Assembly (NCBI GenBank): GCA_000002445.1
Contig: CH464491.1
Location: forward strand, 3,616,001-3,680,000
Source: Trypanosoma brucei
Lineage: Eukaryota
Direction: 5' to 3'
DNA length: 64,000 nt
Shown piece after piece: positions 10,471 to 21,895 of the stretch; within the stretch, counting starts at the first letter, position 1; each line of letters starts with the position of its first letter. The notes under the pieces are model-generated. The model saw only the letters and a list, made by a program, of their open reading frames with translations, searched no databases and had not been told where the DNA came from. A program made the position numbers and the translations under genes.

Positions 10471-11502
10471 TCTCCCGGAGGGTTAAGTTTAACGGTGAAT
10501 GGACTGATTGCCTTATTTCTTACTACCCCACATCTTTACCGGCGTGTGTTTCTCGCTCTCTTTCTTCACATGGGGCGCAGTATCATTTTCCAATTGTTTC
10601 TTATGGCGACACTGAACTCTAGCATGTTTTTTTCTTTTCATTGATTGGTTTGTTACCGAAACGGTTGACTGCACCTCTCAGTACCTGCGGTGTTCTGCTG
10701 AAACTCAACCTTCGCAGAAAAATTAGGGTGTGGTACCTGCGGGTTGTGGCCCTGTGGTAGTTCCCCGCATTGGCCGACAAATTGTGGAGGACCATGATCG
10801 GATCGTATGAAGTTATTTGCTATATTTCCGGTGCTGGTCAACGTGGGGACGGAGGGGGCAGGCGATGTTGGCTCTCCCGCTGTCAAATGAAGGTTATGGT
10901 CCGTTGGCGTGGGACAAGCCAAGCCAATTCGGTAGTGTGAGAGCTCCCCTTAACTTCAGCACGAGATTAATGGGAGCAAACGAGCTGTGAATTGAAGTTT
11001 CCTCGAGTATGTACTGCTGGACGCTGGCACGGTTCCGCCTCTCGCTCCTTTCCCCTCTCCTTGTCGTGGGTCGTTCACCGGAGTTTACTGTACTTTGACT
11101 TTGGAATTCCTAAAGAACTTCGCGCACTTCACCAGCGTTTCCTGTGTATGATTAAAGAGGTATGCTCAACACTACGATCAACATTGAAATTCAAGGTTTC
11201 GTTGTTTCCTTTGCTGAGCAGCACTTGCGTATGGCTTCATCGGCGGAACAGTGGGTGGTTCACATCGAGCTATGTCTGGTGCGAGTGCGCGCTAGCATTT
11301 TTTTTGTCCTTTAGTGCCGCTGAAACACGCGGGATACCACCTGATGCTTCAGTAAAGGCAGGTCGTATTTGTGTCACTTTGGCGTTTGCGTGGTGCGTAG
11401 TGCCGAGGTCAGGCAGGCGGACAAGGCGACGGTTCATTCCCATTTTCTTTCTTTGCCCCACTTTGCCCTTTTTAAACATAATCTGCAGTTCCCACTGTTG
11501 AG

Positions 11503-12087
11503 TTGGATAAACTGAGTATGGTCAACGCGACTCCCGATATGGCAAGGTACTGCTGTGCAGTTATACACAGCAAGTTGCGGGGGGAGAAGACTCCTGAGCC
11601 CCCAGCTAGCATTACAAACGAGCCCAGCCCCATTTTTGTTTCCTTGAAGACTCTGGACGGCGACTTGCGCGGGTGCATTGGCAACTTCTCGGCTGAACCG
11701 TTGCACAAGCAGCTCAGGGACTACGCGGTCGCTGCGGCATTTCAAGATAACAGGTTTCCTTCAGTCACTCTCGCAGAGCTTCCTATGCTCAGTTGTTCGG
11801 TCTGCCTGCTTCACTCGTTTGAGAAGGCCCACAGATGGGACGACTGGGAAATTGGCGTTCATGGGATAAGGATCCGGTACAAGAACTACAGTGCAACGTA
11901 CCTTCCCTCTGTAATGCCCGAGCAAAGGTGGGATCATATTCAGGCAATCCGAAGTCTGATGAGGAAGGCCGGATGCGGAGAAGAGGTTTCAGACGCCATT
12001 CTTAACGAATTGGATGTAACGCGCTATCAGGAAAGCAAGAGTACTGTAGCCTTCAAATCGGCCAACCTTGGTTCACTACCTTGCTGA
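11503..12087 (+). CDS. AMMECR1-domain protein
   Basis: ARYCCAVIHSKL...IFVSLKTLDGDLRGCIGNFSAEPL...AAAFQDNRFPSV matches the conserved AMMECR1 core, including the LRGCIG motif. Confidence 0.8.
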   Translation: MDKLSMVNATPDMARYCCAVIHSKLRGEKTPEPPASITNEPSPIFVSLKTLDGDLRGCIGNFSAEPLHKQLRDYAVAAAFQDNRFPSVTLAELPMLSCSVCLLHSFEKAHRWDDWEIGVHGIRIRYKNYSATYLPSVMPEQRWDHIQAIRSLMRKAGCGEEVSDAILNELDVTRYQESKSTVAFKSANLGSLPC

Positions 12088-12512
12088 GTTATAACTGATT
12101 AGCGTGTTGATGCACTACAGATTGTAGCGGGACTCCGGTTCCGTTCCTTCGTCTTACGTTTGCGCACACAACACTGACTGTGTTGGGGTGTGGGGTTGTA
12201 TATCGGCAGCTTCGTTCCTAAATCTTGGCCACACACCAAGGAAGGGAAACAAAATAGCTGCGTTAAAGTTCTGCGATTTACACTCTCCTTTACTTTTCCC
12301 CTTGTTAGTCTACGTACGCGAGTCCTCAAGAGTACAACATATGCAGAAGCGAGGCACCAGTCGTGCATTAGGGATGCTTTTGATCAAGACGCGACGCGCC
12401 CCATTGTTTCTGACTTGCGAACGTGATTCATTTCCAGCCCACGGCTACACAAAGTTGCCTCTTCACCTTTTCATCACCTTCGTTCTTGATATCACTATAG
12501 TTGTAGGGGCTG

Positions 12513-13997
12513 ATGTCGCGCGATCCGCCAGGGGAAGGGGGTGAGTCGTCGCCCGTCTGTGCCGACATGAGTATAGATAAGTTTTCTATTCTAACTCCAG
12601 AGAAGCAAACCTTCAAGAAGAAAGACCAATCCAAAGTGGACGGCTTTCTTGACAGGATGCGCCAAAGGATTCATTGCACCTTTTGTGGTGGCGCGAAGTG
12701 CAAGCACGAGAATTGGGAATCCTTGAAGGAGAAGCGATACAAGACGGCAATCGAGGGACTGATATCAAGTTGGGTGGGAGACGATGTAATTGCAAGCCAA
12801 AGGCCGTCAACATCTCTCTTCAGAAAGTATTCGCTTATTGAGCAGTTTCGAGAAAAACGAATCACCGGTGTGTTAAATTTGCAGGAGAAAGGTGAACACG
12901 CGAGTTGCGGTCCCGACGGTATCTACGCATCGACAGGATATAGCTACAGCGGTGAGCAAGACCTTATGAGGCACCAGATTAGTTACTACGAATTCCCTTG
13001 GCCTGATATGACGGCCCCGAAACAGGACATTGTACTACGTAGTGTCCAAGTAATGGATTCTCATGTTAAGAAATCGGGGAAGGTGCTGGTCCATTGCCAC
13101 GCCGGTTTGGGTCGCACCGGTCTGATGATAGCTTGCTATCTGCTTTATGCACAGAAGATGCCAAGCGCGGATGTAATCGAACTCGTACGGCAAATGCGGC
13201 CGGGTGCGATACAAACGTCGAGGCAGGTGAAATTTATACACGACTTTGAGTCGCACCTGTGGAGGCTCTCACACACGTTTCGTGTTGAGGTATCTGAATC
13301 CGCTTTAGATATTGATTTGTTCTTGAAAAAGCAGCGGCTGCTCCTGCATGGAGACCATGCAGATTCTTATCGTTTTATCCCGATGACAATCCACCTTATT
13401 TTGTGTCAGTTGTTAAACCTCACAAAGGCGAATCCTTCTAACTCGGAGCTGTCCGTTAAATCTCTTGGCTCTGGCAGACTACCGGAAGGATCAGCATTAA
13501 ATGACGTACGACGCTCCATCAACCGACGTACTTTTGATGCAACATCGGTGAATGATGTCAAGCTTCTTAGTTACTTAGTGTGGGATTGGTTCAAGTCCCT
13601 CTCATTCCCGGTCTTAACACCTGATGAAGCTTCCGCAATCGTTGCCTACATGCGCCAACCACCCGGGGAGCGGATCGCACTGCCAACGTTTATAAGGACA
13701 ACCTTGAGGTTGTCCGTTGTTCAGACACTCGGGATGGTCTTGTCAGCATATCACATCATTTGTCTTAACATAAAGGAATCTCTGAAAGTGAGGGCACTAC
13801 GATGCCTCACGGACTCATTCACCACCGTGCGTGATGGTGTCACAGTAAGAGGAGAGCCAGGAACGTTTGGACTTCTTTATGAATTCTTTGTAGACTGGGC
13901 TAGGTTGGATCAAGGTGGATGCTTTGATCTTGGCGGAGCTGGCTACCAAGACCATACAATTAGTGGGATCGCGGAAGAGTCTGCAGATGTGCTCTGA
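12513..13997 (+). CDS. Dual-specificity/PTP-like protein phosphatase (CX5R active site)
   Basis: The active-site signature VLVHCHAGLGRTGLMIACYLLY (HCxxGxxRTG) is present, preceded by a WPD-like region (FPWPDMTAP). A C-terminal extension of about 250 aa follows. Confidence 0.75.
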   Translation: MSRDPPGEGGESSPVCADMSIDKFSILTPEKQTFKKKDQSKVDGFLDRMRQRIHCTFCGGAKCKHENWESLKEKRYKTAIEGLISSWVGDDVIASQRPSTSLFRKYSLIEQFREKRITGVLNLQEKGEHASCGPDGIYASTGYSYSGEQDLMRHQISYYEFPWPDMTAPKQDIVLRSVQVMDSHVKKSGKVLVHCHAGLGRTGLMIACYLLYAQKMPSADVIELVRQMRPGAIQTSRQVKFIHDFESHLWRLSHTFRVEVSESALDIDLFLKKQRLLLHGDHADSYRFIPMTIHLILCQLLNLTKANPSNSELSVKSLGSGRLPEGSALNDVRRSINRRTFDATSVNDVKLLSYLVWDWFKSLSFPVLTPDEASAIVAYMRQPPGERIALPTFIRTTLRLSVVQTLGMVLSAYHIICLNIKESLKVRALRCLTDSFTTVRDGVTVRGEPGTFGLLYEFFVDWARLDQGGCFDLGGAGYQDHTISGIAEESADVL

Positions 13998-15038
13998 GGT
14001 TCTTTTCCATCCCTCTCATTTTTTTCAAACAGACAGCGATCCGTTGTACCTATTTACGATTGTGCGTCCGTGCCTACCTTAAGGTGAATATGTGCTGCGT
14101 TGAGACCGGATATTTTACCGTGTAAAGTACTTTCAAACTACAGATTCTCTAAGTGGCTGTGCTAACACGACGAGAGGGTTGCCACCGGCGGCTGAGGACG
14201 GCTGATGAAAAAGGAAGATCGAGTGGAGGGCAATAGTGCTCGGTTCCCTCGCCCTCGGAGACAACGTCGTGTCCTCCTCTAGTATGGTTTTCCCTCTCTT
14301 TCAGTACCCTTTAAGCAAATTCTATATGTAACACCTATAGATAAATAAAGTGTGCGAGTTCATCTGGCGTTACCTCTGCGATTTGCGTTATTGCGATTCT
14401 TCGGATAGACAAATGTATTGCCTTGAATACAGTGTATTGGCATCCCGTGGGGGTCCAAGCTGACCTTCTACTCCAATTCTTCTTTGTAGTGTTGCAACTG
14501 TAAAAAAAGCAAAAAAATGTTTTGTATTTTGCCTGCTGTCCGACTCCACCATGTTGTGGGGGCGGCATTCCCTCCGCACCAGCATCTTCTTCGGTTGTTG
14601 AGGGTTCACTGTCCGGTGCTTTCGCTTTGCGTTCGTTTTGAGGATTACTTCTTAGCGGCCTGCATTGTTTTCCTCATTCCTGATCTCCCGTTGTTCTACC
14701 CGCTTTTCTTTTCTTACCATTGTGTATGTTTTTTTCTTTTCTTTTTTGTTCCTCGTGTAATCCCCATTTTCTTATTTCTTTATTATTACTACTTAGGGGT
14801 AAACCGTGGCCTATGTACTGAGCTTTTCCACTGATAACGGGCACTTACCTGTGCTCACCGTTGCATTGGGCGGACTTATGTGCGTATTTCATATTTATGC
14901 GTTTTTGTTTATTTGCATGCAATTGGTATTGATGTTGAATTATACCCCTCTTTTATGGTCGGTTTTCGTTTCCCCTCTGCCAATAAGTGTGCATTTTCCC
15001 CCTTTCTTTAACTTGCCTATCGTTTTGTGTAGGGAGCT

Positions 15039-15845
15039 ATGCTTAGGCGTGTCCCGAGGGTCTTGCAGAAGGGTGAAAGGGGACTTTACTTTCCCATCAA
15101 TCATCGTATAGTTGACCACAGAATTGCACCTGGTGTGACTGTAGAAGAGACAGATGTGCAGTCCCGTTACAGGCGGGAGCTGCGCACAAATTTTGCAACG
15201 GGCGAGACACGGCAAACGATAGCACCTCCGTGGAGTGCCCGCGAACGGCCAACGCATTTTTTTTCGCTTCGGCTCCCTTCTAGGAACTCTGTAACCCTGC
15301 GAGTAAAGGAAATGCATAACCATTTACTTTTTTCTCACCAGCAATGTGCACCGATGCTGGTTTCCCCAACGAAGTTGCACATTACATTGGGAGTGATGAC
15401 GATTCCCGAGAATTCTCGGGAAGAACTTGTGAAAAATATCCAGCAGTCAATGTCTGAGACCTTTGCATGCGTCCAACCGCTGCAACTTCGTTTCAGGGGG
15501 CTCGGGACGTTTGACTTCGGTCGCGTTTTATTTATTCGCGTTGTGCCTGAGGCAGACTTTGGGAGGCTGGAACGTGCTGTTTGCGATATTAGGAGGCGTG
15601 TGGGTGGTGTTTTGGGAGTCGACTTGAAGGGAAATCCTCATGACTCCTACGTTCCACACGTGACGGTGGCGAAGATACGCCCCAATCAACGGCAACAACT
15701 TGGAGACACAATACCTCAGTCATTGTGGGCTGACTACCAGCACCATGATTTTGGTGATGTGACTTTATCGACGGTGGACCTCTGCCGTATGAAGGGTTCA
15801 CCGGATGGTTATTATCACACCGAGGGCGCTGTGCACTTATCGTAG
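15039..15845 (+). CDS. 2H phosphoesterase superfamily protein (LigT/ASCC1/AKAP7-NLS-like cyclic phosphodiesterase)
   Basis: Two H-x-T-x motifs are spaced as in 2H enzymes: KLHITLGVM and VPHVTVAKI. Confidence 0.6.
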   Translation: MLRRVPRVLQKGERGLYFPINHRIVDHRIAPGVTVEETDVQSRYRRELRTNFATGETRQTIAPPWSARERPTHFFSLRLPSRNSVTLRVKEMHNHLLFSHQQCAPMLVSPTKLHITLGVMTIPENSREELVKNIQQSMSETFACVQPLQLRFRGLGTFDFGRVLFIRVVPEADFGRLERAVCDIRRRVGGVLGVDLKGNPHDSYVPHVTVAKIRPNQRQQLGDTIPQSLWADYQHHDFGDVTLSTVDLCRMKGSPDGYYHTEGAVHLS

Positions 15846-16133
15846 TTGGTGGTTTTGTGTGCGTGTACACACATTCCCATATATTTGTGGAAAGAATTGC
15901 CTGGGACCGATGGACAAACTCATATCACGCGCTTCTCATTTGCTGCCACCATTGTCAGCGTTGTTTCCACCTTTGTTCTAAAGGTTGGTTTGGGATATCG
16001 CAATTTTTAAAAATGAATTTCACTTAGTGCGCGTTTGTGCTTTCCCTCCTTTCTCATGTGTTTCTTTACGCCTTACTTTCTTTTCACAACGCATCACAGA
16101 CCAACAAGTGCACAAAGTGGGTAATTAGTAGGG

Positions 16134-16694
16134 ATGGAAGGGCCCAAGTTAAAGGGCGCGGCGAGATGTGCGGCAGTGGAGAAGGTTGAGTCTAAAACAC
16201 AACTGTCAATAGCCATATCTGAGAAGCATAAGGCACAACTGCGAGAGGCGTTTGATTTCTTTGACTCAGACGGTACTGGCCGCATCAATGCGCAGGATGT
16301 TAAAGTTGCTTTTTGCGCTCTTGGCTATGAGGTGGGGAAGGAGGAGTTAACTCACCTCCTTCGACAGGTTGGCGCGTCCACTACTGGAGTGATTGACTTC
16401 AATGATTTTTACAGCGTTATTATCGCGAAAATAATGCAACGTGAAAATCGTTCTGAGGCTATACGTGCCTTCAAATTAATAGATACAGGTGAGAAGGGGT
16501 ATATAAATGTAGATGATCTTCGTCCCATCGCTGCCTCGCTACAAATGAACTTGACAGATGATGAATTGGCGGAGATGGTTCTCTTCGCACATCCTTCTGC
16601 AACGTACAGTAAAGCTGACACGGAAATGAAGGACCCTCTCACAGTGAGCGAGGAGGAGTTCCTGAAGCTAATGAATCGAGCCCATGTGTACTAA
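16134..16694 (+). CDS. Centrin/caltractin-like EF-hand protein
   Basis: EF-hand loops DSDGTGRINAQD and DTGEKGYINVDD are present. The overall layout (QLREAFDFFD, ELTHLLRQVG, IRAFKLID, DDELAEMV) is typical of centrins. Confidence 0.75.
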   Translation: MEGPKLKGAARCAAVEKVESKTQLSIAISEKHKAQLREAFDFFDSDGTGRINAQDVKVAFCALGYEVGKEELTHLLRQVGASTTGVIDFNDFYSVIIAKIMQRENRSEAIRAFKLIDTGEKGYINVDDLRPIAASLQMNLTDDELAEMVLFAHPSATYSKADTEMKDPLTVSEEEFLKLMNRAHVY

Positions 16695-16926
16695 AAAAAA
16701 AAGAAGACTGTAACAACACTACCTCTTTGACCTATCCATGTATAAAATATATCATTCAAATATGTGCGTCAAAGTCACAGCTATGGCAATATTTATAAAT
16801 GCAGCCGCTCTTTCTGCGTGATAGGGGAGGGGATATGCGGGTTTTTCCCTATTTTTTGTCGTTTAGTGTGTGCTAGTTAGGGTGTGGGGCGTTTTGTATC
16901 GTGTTGCATGAACGTGACTGCATAAA

Positions 16927-17724
16927 ATGTCCGTTGTTGGTGTCTCTTCCTATTTTCTCTGGACCCAAAAGGGGAATACCGTGCTGCCGTTGGTTCGCGG
17001 TAGCGGGTTTCTGGTTCCCTTTCAGAAACTTAACGGTTTTTATAAGTACCATGTGCTGAGCGCGGCGCATGTAACTTGCCCCGTTAGATACCGGCAGGTG
17101 TACGGCAATACGGTTGGGCTGCGGGCAATCGGGGAGCGACACGTAAGCACGCGACTGTTGAAACTGGGCGCCGGTCCCGCGCTGGAAGCATCGATTGATA
17201 TGGAGTTTACACAGAATTATCTTCCTAACGTGGATGTATCGTCCCTCAGATGCAAGGACGAGAAGCAGATGAACGAACTGGGTCTAGAGGCAGTTAAGCT
17301 GGACATGGATCCAATTGAAGACGGGACGGAGCTCATATTCCGGGGAGTAGAAGCGTCGGAGGAGAGGAGCAATCCCAACGATGACGGCCTTCGTCTCTCA
17401 GAGGTTTCCATTCCTGGGGAATGCAAGGCAGCATTTGTGTCAACTGATTACGGTACAGTGGTTCTTGCTTCTTTAAAGTCAGCGCTCTCGCTTAGTATGT
17501 GTGGCGGGCCTGTCATACGCAAATCCAGTGGTGGTTGTGTTGGTGTGATCGTTGCGAAGGCGATGTGTAGTGCTCCCCCGCGTGATCCGCATGTGCGTTC
17601 ACTCTACGAGGACCCATGGTTGGATTTGTCGGAGCACAAGGATCTTCGGGGGTTGGGGGAACTGAGCGCGGCCTTTGTTCCTGTATGTGAATTTTACGGC
17701 CCGCTCCGGCGGTGTGAAATGTGA
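16927..17724 (+). CDS. Trypsin-like (PA clan) fold protein with Cys at the nucleophile position
   Basis: GSGFLVPF....HVLSAAHV resembles the N-terminal His motif of trypsin_2/HtrA-type peptidases. The C-terminal MCGGPVIRKSSGGCVGVIV aligns to GDSGGP...G.vVGi, with Cys where the Ser would be. Confidence 0.4.
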   Translation: MSVVGVSSYFLWTQKGNTVLPLVRGSGFLVPFQKLNGFYKYHVLSAAHVTCPVRYRQVYGNTVGLRAIGERHVSTRLLKLGAGPALEASIDMEFTQNYLPNVDVSSLRCKDEKQMNELGLEAVKLDMDPIEDGTELIFRGVEASEERSNPNDDGLRLSEVSIPGECKAAFVSTDYGTVVLASLKSALSLSMCGGPVIRKSSGGCVGVIVAKAMCSAPPRDPHVRSLYEDPWLDLSEHKDLRGLGELSAAFVPVCEFYGPLRRCEM

Positions 17725-18033
17725 AAAACACAAAGAATCCCCTCTTAGTGCGGTCGTGCCTCATTTCTCTAGTTTCTGTCGCGCTGGCGTCGCGACGCTT
17801 CGGGTGCATGGTTGGGTAAGATCATTTTTTTTCTTTCCAAATGACGGTGCTGCCTTGATTACTCTGGTGACACAAATAATCGTCTACCTTTCTCTCCCAT
17901 TTCCCCCCATTCATTTCGTGTCTGTTACTCCTCTCGTTGTTCGTTTTATTGTGTAATGGGTTCAAGTGTTACTGTCTGTTGTCTCGTGGAAGTTAGCATT
18001 TGTAGGGTCGGCTCATTCAGGAGTGGGTTTAAC

Positions 18034-21000
18034 ATGTCTAAGAAACACCAAGGGGCGGAGAACATTCGGGTGGTTATTCGCTGCCGTAATCTGTTGGGAT
18101 TTGAAACAGAGAGGGGTGACAAGGCCCTTGTGCGGCTTGATCTTGCTACTAACCAGGTTATCGTGCAGCATCCAATTGGTGACGCTGATGTTTTTGCATT
18201 TGATGCCGTATATAACAACACTTACACCCAGCGTGATCTCTTTCTGCAGGAGGTGCAGCCGCTTGTTGAAGCGGTTTTGCAAGGGTATAACGCAACGGTC
18301 TTTGCTTATGGACAGTCTGGCTCCGGTAAGACACACACAATGACTGGTAAACTGAATGATCAGGAAATGTGGGGTATGATGCCGCAGGTTGTAAATCACC
18401 TCTTCAACGAGATCAAGAAACTTACGTCAGCAACAAGAACGTACAAAGTAAAGGTCTCTTATATAGAATTGTATAACGGCAAATCGCGCGACCTCCTTTC
18501 AGCTAAACAGGGTAATCTTGAGATTAAACAGAATATGGCGAAAAACTTCTACGTCAAGGGTGCGGAGATGCCGGAGGTGACGAACTTTGGTGAGGCTCTT
18601 CGTTGGTTTAACGCTGGAACGGATCGTCGACAGACCGCATCAACGGACCTTAACGATAATAGCAGTCGATCGCACTCGCTATTTACCCTCCAGGTGGAAC
18701 AGTTTGACTTTGAACAGGATCCCAGCGCACCGATAGTTCTCACGAGCAAAATTAACCTCGTGGACCTTGCTGGGTCGGAGAAGCTAAGTAAGACAAACGC
18801 TACCGGAGAAACCGCAAAGGAGGGTTGCAACATTAACTTGTCACTTTCTGCGCTGGCAACTGTCATCGACACTATTGTGAAGGGAGGCAAGCACATTCCC
18901 TACCGTGGATCGCCCTTGACGATGCTCCTGAAGGACTCGTTAGGTGGAAACGCGAAGACTGTTATGTTTGCTAACATTGGTCCTTCGGACAAGAATATTT
19001 CCGAAACTATATCCACTCTTAGATTTGCTCTTCGAGCGAAGGAGATCGAGAACAAACCTATCAAGAACTTGGACCCAAAGGATGCACGCATCCAAGACTT
19101 ACTTGACCAAATTGCAGATCTGAAGAGTCGCATGGGAGATGTTGATCTCAACAAAGAGGACCAACTTAAACAGCGCATAGAGGAACTAGAGATTGAAAAT
19201 GCGGATCTCCGTGGGGGTAGTGACAAGAACAATCTCGAACTTGAAGAAAATTGCCGGAACCTTCAGGCACAATTGGAGAAAGTAAATGAAGCGCTTGTAG
19301 AGAAGCAGAAAGAGGTTGCGAAGGAGGTAGACGCCCGTGCGATGGTGGAGTGGAATCTTCAAAATGAAACGAGCCATGTTCAGGACTTGCGCTCTGTTGC
19401 TATTAATTTTATCAGGCGGGTCTGTTCAGAGAGTCAGTTGAAAGATATACGCGCCAAAATGCCCCAGGATGGTTCGTATAACGTTAAGGACGAAACATGG
19501 GACGTGAAAGAGATACGGTTCTGCCTTGACGAGTTCACTGCAATGTACGAATCAATGAGAACATCGTCGTACACGCGGGAGGACTTGGAGCAATACGCAC
19601 AGAAGGCAGCGGTGAGCCTCCAAGAACAGGCACAGCGGCAACTCCATGAGGCTGTGCGCTCCCGTGATGAGTTGGCGCGGCAGCGCCAGGAGGACTCTGC
19701 TAAGCGGGCTGCTGAAAGTGAGTTACTCTCGCAGCTGAAGGTGGAGGTTAATTCTCTCAAGGATGAAAACGCGAAGTTGCGCGATAAGATTGAGCGCGAT
19801 CAGGAACGGATTAAAGCCAAGGTGGCTAAGAGTAAAGAGGAATATAAGACAGTGGCGGAGCAGTTGGAGCGCACCAAGTCCGTGGTAACAGAGAAGGAGA
19901 GGGACATAGAGCGGTTGAAGAAGATGCTCGAAGAAAGTGGTAGCAGCACGCCGGGAAACACGCAGTCAGCGTGGGCTACCAGCGAGGAACGCGCCAATCT
20001 CTTGCGAATGTTGGAGGAGGAGAAAAATGCAAGGAAGGATTTAGAGTCGTGTGTGAGGGAGACGAACGTTTCGCTTCGTCGGTACGGTGTGTGTATCAGC
20101 CAGTCCAAAGCTCCTGCAACTAGTGAGGGTGAATCCGCTGCCGAGAATGCCGAAGCCTTCATTCTCCAGGCTGCATCTGAAGAGCCTATTGACGGTGACC
20201 TCTATTCTCAGTTCCAGCAGCAGATACGAGTGATGCAGCGCCTGACACAACTTCGTCACCAGCAGCAGAAGAAACTAGGCGATATGGTAAAGAAATACGA
20301 GCTCCTCAAGACAGGAAAGGTAACCTCGAATCACGTCGCCCCGCCCGGAGCTGCGGCGCAAGGGGGTGGTGTGGATGAAACAACGGCTCAGCAAATCAAA
20401 GAGTTACTGCGGAAGAAAGATGATGAAATTGAACGGATAACACAAGAAAAGGAGAAGACCTGTGATAAGATTGTGAAAAAACTGAACAAAAGTGAAATGA
20501 AAATAAGGGAGTTGGAGACAGCACTCGAAGAGGAACGTGCACAATTTACAGAGGAGCGTCAGGTGCTGGATAGTGAGAATCAGGAACTTCAGAAATTCAA
20601 CCAGCAGCTGTCCGTAGAAGTGGAGATGCTTCGTGCTCAGCTGAATGTTGTTAAGGAGGAGATGTCCTCTTTGGAGCGAGCGAAGGCGGCTGAGTTGGAG
20701 CGGTGGAAAGAGGAGGAAGAGGACTACAACACGCGGATTAATGAAATGCGTTCCAGCATGTCTGCGTACGATGAGCTGCAAAAGAGCTATGATCGCTTGC
20801 AGCAGCAACTCCAGCACGCGGAGGCTGCACTGAAAGAGAAGACTGACAATCTCGAAAATAATAGGCAGATTATTAAGTGGTCGAATTCCCTCCTTTCTGC
20901 GGAGAAGGAGAAGGTGGAGCAAATGGAAATGATGATGAAGCGACAGGAGGAGGAGATGCGCCGGCATGAGGAGCAACTTCGCTCTGAAATGGTGGATGAG

Positions 21001-21303
21001 ATCAATAAGCAGGTGGTGGCGAACAACCGCCGCCTACAGGACCAGGCCGCCCAGTTTCAGGATATTATTTCTCAAGAACAAGAAAAACAGAAGTCTATCG
21101 TAAAGAAGGTTAAAGCCGCAAGAAAAGACGCCCAAAAAGCAGCGCAACGGTACGATGAGATGATTCTGGAGAATGAGTCACTGTTGTCCAAGCTGGAGGA
21201 GTTGAAGGTGAACTCTATGCGTATTTTCTTGGAAAAACAGGAGGCACAAAGGGAGCTGGACGCGTTACGTCCGTCACGAGTCGCCGCGACGCGGCGTCTC
21301 TGA
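18034..21303 (+). CDS. Kinesin (N-terminal motor, long coiled-coil tail)
   Basis: The P-loop is GQSGSGKTHTM, switch I is NDNSSRSHSLFT and switch II is LVDLAGSE, followed by a neck and about 700 aa of heptad-rich tail. I chose the start at MSKKHQGAENIRVVIRCRN, which matches the kinesin beta1 strand. Confidence 0.9.
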   Translation: MSKKHQGAENIRVVIRCRNLLGFETERGDKALVRLDLATNQVIVQHPIGDADVFAFDAVYNNTYTQRDLFLQEVQPLVEAVLQGYNATVFAYGQSGSGKTHTMTGKLNDQEMWGMMPQVVNHLFNEIKKLTSATRTYKVKVSYIELYNGKSRDLLSAKQGNLEIKQNMAKNFYVKGAEMPEVTNFGEALRWFNAGTDRRQTASTDLNDNSSRSHSLFTLQVEQFDFEQDPSAPIVLTSKINLVDLAGSEKLSKTNATGETAKEGCNINLSLSALATVIDTIVKGGKHIPYRGSPLTMLLKDSLGGNAKTVMFANIGPSDKNISETISTLRFALRAKEIENKPIKNLDPKDARIQDLLDQIADLKSRMGDVDLNKEDQLKQRIEELEIENADLRGGSDKNNLELEENCRNLQAQLEKVNEALVEKQKEVAKEVDARAMVEWNLQNETSHVQDLRSVAINFIRRVCSESQLKDIRAKMPQDGSYNVKDETWDVKEIRFCLDEFTAMYESMRTSSYTREDLEQYAQKAAVSLQEQAQRQLHEAVRSRDELARQRQEDSAKRAAESELLSQLKVEVNSLKDENAKLRDKIERDQERIKAKVAKSKEEYKTVAEQLERTKSVVTEKERDIERLKKMLEESGSSTPGNTQSAWATSEERANLLRMLEEEKNARKDLESCVRETNVSLRRYGVCISQSKAPATSEGESAAENAEAFILQAASEEPIDGDLYSQFQQQIRVMQRLTQLRHQQQKKLGDMVKKYELLKTGKVTSNHVAPPGAAAQGGGVDETTAQQIKELLRKKDDEIERITQEKEKTCDKIVKKLNKSEMKIRELETALEEERAQFTEERQVLDSENQELQKFNQQLSVEVEMLRAQLNVVKEEMSSLERAKAAELERWKEEEEDYNTRINEMRSSMSAYDELQKSYDRLQQQLQHAEAALKEKTDNLENNRQIIKWSNSLLSAEKEKVEQMEMMMKRQEEEMRRHEEQLRSEMVDEINKQVVANNRRLQDQAAQFQDIISQEQEKQKSIVKKVKAARKDAQKAAQRYDEMILENESLLSKLEELKVNSMRIFLEKQEAQRELDALRPSRVAATRRL

Positions 21304-21480
21304 TAGTGAAGTAAAATAACTTACGTGGGTGGAGTGCATATGTGGGAGGCCACGCCTACACCAGCACACGCACACACGTACACACGCACAAACACATGTG
21401 ATTGCACATTTAATATGTTCCGTACACTCAAATGTACTTAGTATATGTTTAGGTGTATCTAACCTATGTGTACATATAAG

Positions 21481-21500
21481 TGTGTGTGTGTGTGTGTGTG
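21481..21500. repeat. (TG)n microsatellite
   Basis: The run gtgtgtgtgtgtgtgtgtgtg lies in the intergenic region between the kinesin and IMP3 genes. Confidence 0.9.
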
Positions 21501-21895
21501 CATTAGTAGAGTTGGGTAGCTGCTTACAGCTCCGATATTGGTGTTTATTTTTCCTGCCTGCTACTTCGGTGTGTCTGGTTATAAGTGGTACCGAGGTGGT
21601 GAGGCAAGTGCCGACTTGTTGAGTTGTATGAGGAGAAACAGTGTTATGATATTGTGCTATTGGAAAGATAATAACAGTGACAAGATACATTTTGCTGTTG
21701 CGGATTGCTTTCCCCCCCTCTTTTTTCCCTCTCTAACGATTTTCCTTTTTTTCTTTTTGCTGGCGGGGGCATGTGAGTTCCCTTCAAGAACTTGTGTGCG
21801 CATTCCAGTGAGTGCTCTTTCTTCACTCTCATCTGATATTGTCACCATTTCTACACGCTCGTTCTCTACTATTTTTCCCCGTATGTCATTAGCAA

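Noticed and set aside
10992-11501. A 169-aa + strand ORF upstream of AMMECR1
   Set aside because: It has no domain, a hydrophobic low-complexity translation and an odd composition. It sits where the 5' UTR and splice-acceptor region of the AMMECR1 gene are expected.
13573-13600. GGTTCAAGTCCC, a tRNA T-arm-like motif
   Set aside because: It is embedded in the phosphatase CDS (12513..13997). No complementary acceptor stem or anticodon arm can be formed from the flanking sequence. Kinetoplastid tRNAs occur at PTU boundaries, not inside genes.
17956-18033. Upstream in-frame ATG extending the kinesin ORF by 26 codons
   Set aside because: The extension (MGSSVTVCCLVEVSICRVGSFRSGFN) is hydrophobic and lies in C/T-rich sequence. 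The kinesin beta1 strand (IRVVIRCRN) follows directly after the second Met, so the downstream start is more plausible. The upstream start is kept only as an alternative.
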